From NCBI GenBank assembly GCA_964567555.1, contig CAZMNA010000002.1, positions 5,795 to 69,794 on the forward strand: DNA of 64,000 bases, given 5' to 3'. The position numbers were made by a program, and so were the translations under genes. The DNA is from an uncultured Candidatus Saccharibacteria bacterium. GTDB lineage: Bacteria; Patescibacteriota; Saccharimonadia; Saccharimonadales; UBA10212. Under the pieces are notes generated by a model, which saw only the letters and a list, made by a program, of their open reading frames with translations, searched no databases and was not told the origin of the DNA. This document shows, one piece after another, positions 52,754 through 60,783 of this stretch (within the stretch, counting starts at the first letter, position 1; each line of letters opens with the position of its first letter).

Positions 52754-53637
52754 AGGTGCAGCAAGCCTAAAGTATTTTCTAGGACGAACCCTAGTAGGTG
52801 TTTGGCGCGGGCTTTTCGGTCAATCCCAGTCTCTTTTAGGTCGGCGTCGGCGTCTTTTTGCAAGCCAAGCGTGCGCTGCAAAATTACAGCCATCAATTGC
52901 TCCTTCATGTGCGGCGCCATATTGGCTTTTTTCATGAAGGAGCTCAAAAAATACTTGGCGTGGTCGGGTGAATCGGCAAAACCATACAGGCGGGTGTAGC
53001 TCCAAGCAACGTCAAAGTAACGGGCCGCGTGGGTAGTAAAGTTTTCAAAATCTATCAGGGCAATTTTGCCGTCCTTGCTCAAGTAGGCGTGCTTGTATGG
53101 CGACATGTCGCCGTGCGCAATCCGCGGCTCTAGATACTTACCCAGCCCGATGGAAATTTCTTTGGCGCGGGCGCCTTCTTCTTTGGTCATTATGCCATCA
53201 GCAATGTTTTCATCCGCCCAGCGAGGGATACTATTCGCCAGATTTTGGTAGTTGGATGAGCCTATGTAGCCGGCCGGCTCTGCCGGCAGGTCCAGCCCGT
53301 CAATCTCGGCCAAAAGTTCTGCCAAATGGTCCAGCCGCGGTTTGGCATGCTCAAATGGCGTATCCTCGTTTACCACCGGCTCGTCTTTTATAAACTCGCG
53401 GATGTAATAGCCTGGGCCGGATTCATAAACTATCGGCACCCAGAGCTGGAGTGTTGGGTGCTTATCTGCCAGCTCGGCAAAAAACTGCATGCCCAAGACG
53501 TCATTATTAACCCGCTCAATCCTAGTTAGTGGTGCTGAGGGTTTGGCGGTTTTTTTGACAGCCTTTTTACCTTGCCAATCGGTAGTCTCTACCAAAAAAT
53601 TGGCGTCGTCTTGCAATACTCTCTTGTACTCAGCCAT
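52750..53637 (-). CDS. aminoglycoside/choline-kinase-like phosphotransferase (APH family)
   Basis: Catalytic loop HGDMSPYKHAYL and IDFENF (HxDxxxxN...D pattern). Confidence 0.65.
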   Translation of the reverse strand: MAEYKRVLQDDANFLVETTDWQGKKAVKKTAKPSAPLTRIERVNNDVLGMQFFAELADKHPTLQLWVPIVYESGPGYYIREFIKDEPVVNEDTPFEHAKPRLDHLAELLAEIDGLDLPAEPAGYIGSSNYQNLANSIPRWADENIADGIMTKEEGARAKEISIGLGKYLEPRIAHGDMSPYKHAYLSKDGKIALIDFENFTTHAARYFDVAWSYTRLYGFADSPDHAKYFLSSFMKKANMAPHMKEQLMAVILQRTLGLQKDADADLKETGIDRKARAKHLLGFVLENTLGLLHL

Positions 53638-53748
53638 AAACTCAATTTTATCAGTTCGCCGCGGCTATGATGCACTAAAGCCCTAAGCACCCAAAGTCTA
53701 AAACGTAGGCTTTTTTGCTATTACAGTGACCGATAGTAAAATTGGGGG

Positions 53749-54084
53749 ATGAGAAAAACAAAAGAAGAATATCAGGAACAAGCGGATCGGGCGATCATCA
53801 AGATTCTATCGGATGCCGGACCCGAAGGGATGAATTCTTCAGATCTCTTGCTAGCAGCTATGGAAATACCGGCGGAGCCAACCCGGATGCACCGTTTTGG
53901 TGATACCCTGCTGAATTTTGTTGGGAAAGGACCTAAGACAAAGAGGCGTTATTTACCAAATGCCGCCGCGTACAGACGTTTAAGAGAACAAGGTGTAATA
54001 GTTTCCACTGACCAAGAGGCGGCCGACTCGCCGGATGGCGTTTCACATGTTATCAATCGTCTGGCAAAGCCGCCGCAAGAGTAA
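53749..54084 (+). CDS. hypothetical 111-aa protein
   Basis: ORF only. Confidence 0.35.
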   Translation: MRKTKEEYQEQADRAIIKILSDAGPEGMNSSDLLLAAMEIPAEPTRMHRFGDTLLNFVGKGPKTKRRYLPNAAAYRRLREQGVIVSTDQEAADSPDGVSHVINRLAKPPQE

Positions 54085-54113
54085 GCGCCCGCGTCCAAAA
54101 ATAGTTTATTGGA

Positions 54114-55637
54114 CTATTGCTTGTTTGGTCTGGTAAGTATGGTGTTTGTTTTTGGTGTGGTATATATGCTTGTAGGCTCGTACTTTGGCGGGTCGCTATA
54201 AACTGGCATATGATAAGCTCCCGCGCCCCAAAGAAAATCTGCTTCTTTTGCCAATCTCTGCCCGTGCCCTTTATGAGGATGGCTAAACTCCGGGTGACCG
54301 TGCATGTCGGCACGGCGGCGTGAGCGGAATGAAACTAAGTCAGCGATTTGACTGAGATCTGTGTATAATTCTGCATCGGCTTGAACATCTTGCCGCTCCA
54401 GCTGCATTCTAATGCCCCGTTCAACTAGGTACCAGATCACGTTGTCCCAGTCACCTCCGCGCCAGAGAGTATGTTTCATGTGATTGTGCGCGTCGTATTC
54501 TGGCTCATATTTACCTACGCTTGGCCAAGGATATCTGGTTTTAAAGTCGTCCCTCAATTGTCCGGCTATAGATTTTAGCTGGTCGATTTCAATATTAGGC
54601 AAGCAGATTGGGAATACGTTGCTAATACTAAGCACCTCTACCTTTTGTGGCTCAGCGACGGCATTTTCGCCATAAAAAGCGCCCTGCCCGCCCCTGGCAT
54701 CTTTGTCCCACATTTTCTCTAAAATTGCATGCTCGACATCTTTGGCAAGCTGTCCATAACGTTTCTGCTCCGCCAGGAAATGTTCTACTTCCAATAGGTG
54801 TTTGCCCGGTTCATCTTGCGCCAATATGCCCATTAAGTCCGCCATTACACGGAGGTTATCGGCATACATACAGTTGTACATAACATCAATAAACCAGAAT
54901 GATTCGCGCATTTTAGCCAAGTTCCAGTTATTGCGCTTTTGGGATTTGGTAAACTCCAAGGCATCATGCCAGTTGGCCAAGGCCCGCGCCGTACCGTAGC
55001 CTTTGGATAAAACCGGCACTTCGTTAGCCATCAGCCAGCGGAGAGGCGGCAATTTTTTGAGCCATTTTTTAGCAAAGTCAAAGGTTGGGTCGGAGTCTCT
55101 ACCGGTTTCGTGTGGGTGAATAACGCCTACACGAGGGTCATCCGGGCTGTTCCGACGGTATTTGTCTTGATAATCCATTGACTTGGAGAGTTTAGAGCAA
55201 TTACGAAACAGAAAAGCGCGGCCTTCTGCTTCTCGACCCGCACGTACAAATGCCTGGTAAGTCTCAAGCGTAGCCAAGGCTTCCAGCGGTGGCTGCCCGT
55301 AAGAGCTGTAACGATTAGGAAAACGGAAGTATTTTCTCTCGGGATCAATTAAGTGGCGCTTCGCGTCTGGAATAGCCAGGTTCGGAATCATGCCGTCGGG
55401 CCGCATATGGGACAGCAGTGATTCAATCTCTTCCACCGCCAGGTCAGGATTACCTTCACGGGCGAAATACACAGCACCCTTCGCCGCATCCCAGCGATAT
55501 TGGCCCAAGTAGTGTTCGGGTGACGGTGATGTATACATTACCGGCCGGCCGAGTTTTTTAGAGACGATTTCGCGGCTGCGTAGGCCCAAATCCGTCGCTG
55601 GGGTTGGGCTTCTTTTACTTTCTAGTTCAGTTGCCAT
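54114..55637 (-). CDS. (alpha/alpha)6-barrel glycoside hydrolase, GH63/MGH/trehalase-like
   Basis: YGQPPLEALATLETY and HPHETGRDSDPTFD resemble the acid/base region (ESGxDxSP) of GH63-type hydrolases. Confidence 0.5.
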   Translation of the reverse strand: MATELESKRSPTPATDLGLRSREIVSKKLGRPVMYTSPSPEHYLGQYRWDAAKGAVYFAREGNPDLAVEEIESLLSHMRPDGMIPNLAIPDAKRHLIDPERKYFRFPNRYSSYGQPPLEALATLETYQAFVRAGREAEGRAFLFRNCSKLSKSMDYQDKYRRNSPDDPRVGVIHPHETGRDSDPTFDFAKKWLKKLPPLRWLMANEVPVLSKGYGTARALANWHDALEFTKSQKRNNWNLAKMRESFWFIDVMYNCMYADNLRVMADLMGILAQDEPGKHLLEVEHFLAEQKRYGQLAKDVEHAILEKMWDKDARGGQGAFYGENAVAEPQKVEVLSISNVFPICLPNIEIDQLKSIAGQLRDDFKTRYPWPSVGKYEPEYDAHNHMKHTLWRGGDWDNVIWYLVERGIRMQLERQDVQADAELYTDLSQIADLVSFRSRRRADMHGHPEFSHPHKGHGQRLAKEADFLWGAGAYHMPVYSDPPKYEPTSIYTTPKTNTILTRPNKQ

Positions 55638-55773
55638 TTTTGTTTTTGTTTAACAGGGGTAATCATAGCATAAGGGGTTTAAATTTGCAACTACCTTGGC
55701 CCGCCAAACACATCTGCTTCCTCGAGTCCGAAATAAAGAGCTGATGCTAGCGACCCGTTTTTTCTTGCACTCG

Positions 55774-55794
55774 CATTATAATTTTATTATAATG
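55774..55794. promoter_or_regulatory. palindromic operator overlapping the promoter of the AbrB-Doc module
   Basis: CATTATAAT-ttt-ATTATAATG, a perfect 9-bp inverted repeat. TTGCAC lies upstream and the ATG 6 nt downstream. Confidence 0.55.
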
Positions 55795-55799
55795 GTGCA

Positions 55800-56012
55800 A
55801 TGGTTCAGAAATTAATTAAAATCGGTACCAGCACCGGACTAATTGTGCCTAAAAAGCAGCTCGATGAGTTAGATTTGCGGGCCGGTGATGAAATTGACTT
55901 CACTATTTCCAAGCGAGCAAGCAATACCGTCAAGCATTCCCAACTCCTCAAAGACTTGGAGGGCTTCATGAACACTTACGACCAGGATCTTCAGAATCTA
56001 GCCAAAAGATAA
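55800..56012 (+). CDS. AbrB/MazE/SpoVT-type antitoxin
   Basis: KIGTSTGLIVPKKQLDELDLRAGDEIDF swapped-hairpin motif; its stop overlaps the doc start. Confidence 0.8.
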   Translation: MVQKLIKIGTSTGLIVPKKQLDELDLRAGDEIDFTISKRASNTVKHSQLLKDLEGFMNTYDQDLQNLAKR

Positions 56013-56395
56013 TGAATTACCTATCTGCAGAAGAAATTCTGCTGATTCACTTCATGTTGATCGAGCGCTACGGCGGCTCGCACGGCACACGCGACCTAGA
56101 GCGCATAAAGTCAGCCGCTGTAGCCCCTTCGCAGGAAGTCTTCGGACAAAAACAATACCCGACAGTCTTTGAAAAAGCTGCGGTTTACGCCTGTAATATT
56201 ATTGCTGATCATCCATTCCGAGACGGCAACAAGCGGACAGGGATGGCCACCGCCGCAATGTTTCTAAAAAGAAATGGTTATTTATTCACTGCACCTAAAG
56301 GTAAAGTCGAGGACTTCGCGGTCTATATTGCGGTTAAAAAGCCAGAGGTCTCAGCAGTGGCCGAGTGGTTCAAGAGATACTCCAAGAAAAGTTAG
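56012..56395 (+). CDS. doc: Doc (death-on-curing) toxin, Fic fold kinase
   Basis: HPFRDGNKRTG (Doc-type Fic motif). Confidence 0.85.
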   Translation: MNYLSAEEILLIHFMLIERYGGSHGTRDLERIKSAAVAPSQEVFGQKQYPTVFEKAAVYACNIIADHPFRDGNKRTGMATAAMFLKRNGYLFTAPKGKVEDFAVYIAVKKPEVSAVAEWFKRYSKKS

Positions 56396-56514
56396 CCACC
56401 TAAAAGCCCGCGCCAAAAAATAATTTTCAACCATTTGCTTTTTGGCAAATGCGGGTGTTCTTTTTCAAGCCCACTATGCCGAAGTAGCCTCCGGCTACGA
56501 AGGCTGTAAGAACC

Positions 56515-56691
56515 AAATATTTTCACACTTTGAGCGGCAAAGTGTGGCAAACCGCCGGGCTGCGTTAAAACTGGAGCGTCCAGAGCTCGCTTTAAAAGCG
56601 GGCCAAGCCGAACGCCTTCGCTTTGCTCAGTTAAACATGCGTTTGGCCTCGCCTTTTCCAGCTTCGCTCGAACTTCTGTTTGAGCCGATGC
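56515..56691 (+). repeat. structured repeat family, copy B (177 nt, identical to copy C)
   Basis: Letter-by-letter identical to 58356..58532. Confidence 0.9.
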
Positions 56692-56754
56692 CCGGACCCG
56701 TGGCGCAAAAAGACGTCGAACCAGTAGGATGAGCCAATGTCCGGAGCCAAAAAC

Positions 56755-56783
56755 TGTATTCACCGTCCCAAAAAATATATAAT
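56755..56783 (+). promoter_or_regulatory. promoter-like module TGTATT-N17-TATAAT upstream of heliorhodopsin
   Basis: CTGTATTCACCGTCCCAAAAAATATATAAT with the ATG 9 nt downstream. Similar modules lie at 58616..58644 and 60747..60775. Confidence 0.5.
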
Positions 56784-56792
56784 GCCAAAAGC

Positions 56793-57554
56793 ATGAGCGT
56801 TATAACTATGCCCAAACTGCGGCGGCTAAACCTAATCGCCGGCTTGCTCCACCTGGCCCAAGGCGTGGCAGTACTACTCCTTTCTACCAATTTCAGCTTG
56901 CCTGTTACCGGCGGATATTTAAAATTTAACTCGGCTACAAAACACTTAGACCCGGGCAGTAACACGCTGTTTCATTTGCCCCTACCCTGGCTGGTGGCCA
57001 TCTTTTTCTTCTTGTCCGCCGCCTTCCATTTGGCTATCGCCACGTTTTATAACAAAACTTATGTCGCTAATCTGGCAAAAAATATCAACCGCGCCCGCTG
57101 GTTTGAATATTCGCTGTCGGCCGGTGTCATGATGGTCGCCATCGCGATGCTGGTGGGTATCTACGACGTCATGAGTCTACTGATGATATTTGTGCTGGTA
57201 GCCATAATGAACCTCACCGGCCTCGCCATGGAAGTTTATAACCAAGGCCGACAGAAGGTTAACTGGCTGGCTTACAGGCTCGGCAGTTTGGCCGGCATCG
57301 TGCCCTGGCTGGCGGTGGCTTTTTATATTGGCAACTCCAACCACGTCGGCAGCGGCGCACCGACCTTTGTTTACTTTATTTTTGGCAGCATCTTTATATT
57401 CTTTAGCTGTTTTGCACTCAACATGTACTTGCAGTACAAGTGTATCGGCAAATGGGCAGACTATCTTTACGGCGAAAAGGTCTACATTTGGCTAAGCCTC
57501 ATCGCTAAAAGCTTGCTTGCTTGGCAGGTCTTCGCCGGCACCCTCCGCCCTTAA
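56793..57554 (+). CDS. heliorhodopsin
   Basis: 253 aa, 7 TM. Strong resemblance, from memory of HeR 48C12, to RWVEYSLSSSVM (here RWFEYSLSAGVM), GIVPW (identical) and SLVAKSALAWQIFSGTL (here SLIAKSLLAWQVFAGTL, containing the Schiff-base Lys). Confidence 0.85.
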   Translation: MSVITMPKLRRLNLIAGLLHLAQGVAVLLLSTNFSLPVTGGYLKFNSATKHLDPGSNTLFHLPLPWLVAIFFFLSAAFHLAIATFYNKTYVANLAKNINRARWFEYSLSAGVMMVAIAMLVGIYDVMSLLMIFVLVAIMNLTGLAMEVYNQGRQKVNWLAYRLGSLAGIVPWLAVAFYIGNSNHVGSGAPTFVYFIFGSIFIFFSCFALNMYLQYKCIGKWADYLYGEKVYIWLSLIAKSLLAWQVFAGTLRP

Positions 57555-57564
57555 AACTGCTTGC

Positions 57565-57592
57565 CCCGTCAGATGCTTTTGCATCTTTCGGG
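57565..57592 (+). terminator. hairpin after heliorhodopsin (terminator-like)
   Basis: CCCGTCAGATGC-tttt-GCATCTTTCGGG. A structural homologue with different apical sequence lies at 58588..58615. Confidence 0.45.
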
Positions 57593-57666
57593 TGTATCCC
57601 CCACCCGCTTTTTGGCGTCTGCTTATGCTTGCGCTAAGACATGCAATACCTTAATTTGGTCTAGTA

Positions 57667-58335
57667 ATGGGAATGGTCAATAAAGACAGCTCTGTTAGAC
57701 CTATGCAGGATGAGGCTAGGGATTTGCGTCTATGTGCGGATGGCCGCCATGACTTCGAGGAATTATCCCCCACCCAGCAAATAGCGGCCATAAGAGCCCA
57801 GCATTCGCTTAACGTCATGGATATGCGCGGTCATATAAGTCTGCGCGAGTGTAAAAGGATGTTTGAGTTCGGTGCAGGTACTGGCGGCTCCGGCTTTGTG
57901 TTAGCCCATTTAGCCCTAATTAATGGTGGCTGCGTAGAAGTAGTGGAAATAGAATCAGATAGAGCCAACGACATTGTACAAAGTGGCATCTTGCCGGCAG
58001 AAAGCGTCCACACCGGCGATGGAGTCCAGAGGCTCCAGCAGCTGGAGCGTGTTGGCAAAAAGTTTGATTTAATAGCCGCCTTTATGTTTGGGCCTGATCT
58101 TAGCGGCGCGCGCATAACAAGACTACTGCCCGCAGCGGCTGATGCTCTTGATGACGGGGGCAAATTATTAGTATCCTCAGACCCCGATACAATGCAAGCC
58201 GCCAGGATTGTGTGTGCCGCTAAGGGGATGGAGTTTGGCGATTACTCCCCGCCTCGGCGAACTTATTATCTATACAAGCCGGACAAAGTGGACACGATTG
58301 TAGTCCCTCGGGCAAATATGCCAGCTGGCTTATAA
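57667..58335 (+). CDS. class I SAM-dependent methyltransferase-like protein
   Basis: Motif I FEFGAGTGGSG, acidic beta-2 end VEVVEIE, FDLIAAF, DDGGKLLV. Confidence 0.6.
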   Translation: MGMVNKDSSVRPMQDEARDLRLCADGRHDFEELSPTQQIAAIRAQHSLNVMDMRGHISLRECKRMFEFGAGTGGSGFVLAHLALINGGCVEVVEIESDRANDIVQSGILPAESVHTGDGVQRLQQLERVGKKFDLIAAFMFGPDLSGARITRLLPAAADALDDGGKLLVSSDPDTMQAARIVCAAKGMEFGDYSPPRRTYYLYKPDKVDTIVVPRANMPAGL

Positions 58336-58355
58336 CCTCTAACCATCCATCCACT

Positions 58356-58532
58356 AAATATTTTCACACTTTGAGCGGCAAAGTGTGGCAAACCGCCGGG
58401 CTGCGTTAAAACTGGAGCGTCCAGAGCTCGCTTTAAAAGCGGGCCAAGCCGAACGCCTTCGCTTTGCTCAGTTAAACATGCGTTTGGCCTCGCCTTTTCC
58501 AGCTTCGCTCGAACTTCTGTTTGAGCCGATGC
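58356..58532 (+). repeat. structured repeat family, copy C
   Basis: Identical to 56515..56691. The downstream TTCAGGCTCGAGC block is shared with copy A. Confidence 0.9.
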
Positions 58533-58587
58533 TAGGGACCCATTCTTGGTTTCTTCAGGCTCGAGCCAAAAAGCTAGCGCTGCCTGC

Positions 58588-58615
58588 CCCGTTTGAGAAA
58601 AATTTCTCTTTCGGG
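58588..58615 (+). terminator. hairpin, structural homologue of 57565..57592
   Basis: CCCGTTTGAGAAA-aa-TTTCTCTTTCGGG. The flanks TGCCCCGT / TTTCGGGTGTAT are conserved and the apical stem is changed in a compensatory way. Confidence 0.45.
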
Positions 58616-58644
58616 TGTATTCCCCACCCCAACAGAGGTATAAT
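58616..58644 (+). promoter_or_regulatory. promoter-like module TGTATT-N17-TATAAT
   Basis: TGTATTCCCCACCCCAACAGAGGTATAAT, directly upstream of the helicase remnant. Confidence 0.45.
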
Positions 58645-58645
58645 T

Positions 58646-58777
58646 GTTAGAACCCGCTCGGGCATAAATGTCAAAGGCATAACGCACGTCATCAACCTTG
58701 ATCCGCCGTAAACCTACGATGATTATATTCACCGTATTGGCCACGCTGGCCGCGCCCTGACCTTCGTAGAACGCTAA
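58646..58777 (+). pseudogene. remnant of a DEAD-box RNA helicase C-terminus
   Basis: Translates to [42 protein letters not shown]. This corresponds to motifs V/VI (ARGID...HVINYDLP...YVHRIGRTGRAG) with an in-frame stop, and the first ~350 codons are absent. Confidence 0.7.
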
Positions 58778-58799
58778 AAAAACTCACGCTAACAAGCCT

Positions 58800-60629
<1,830 letters not shown>

Positions 60630-60652
60630 TTAATGCAAAGGAGGGTGGAGCT

Positions 60653-60721
60653 ATGGCAAAAGGTAAAGGGCGCAAAACGCGCAGAGAAATACGCAAGCCA
60701 AAACAAATAAAGACCGAATAA
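60653..60721 (+). CDS. 22-aa highly basic peptide (possibly bTHX-like ribosomal peptide)
   Basis: Not in the ORF track. AAGGAGG lies 7 nt upstream. Product MAKGKGRKTRREIRKPKQIKTE. Confidence 0.35.
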   Translation: MAKGKGRKTRREIRKPKQIKTE

Positions 60722-60746
60722 ATCTTAGGTCCGGCCGCGCAAATGC

Positions 60747-60775
60747 TGTATTCCCCACCCCAACCAAAGTATAAT
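60747..60775 (+). promoter_or_regulatory. promoter-like module TGTATT-N17-TATAAT
   Basis: TGTATTCCCCACCCCAACCAAAGTATAAT, with the ATG 8 nt downstream (leaderless-type). Confidence 0.5.
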
Positions 60776-60783
60776 TGCAGCAA

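Noticed and set aside
56392-56965. ORFs translated across the repeat copies (for example 58385..58711 MANRRAALKLERPE..., 56442..56732, 56392..56763, 56627..56965, 31079..31297).
   Set aside because: No frame is conserved between the diverged copy A and copies B/C. Substitutions follow stem pairing rather than codon structure, and the ORFs run on both strands.
56515-58532. Interpretation of the 177-bp repeats as integron attC sites (GTTAAAC matches GTTRRRY).
   Set aside because: There is no inverse core RYYYAAC in the right place, no IntI-type integrase or attI in the window, and the repeats are longer than typical attC sites.
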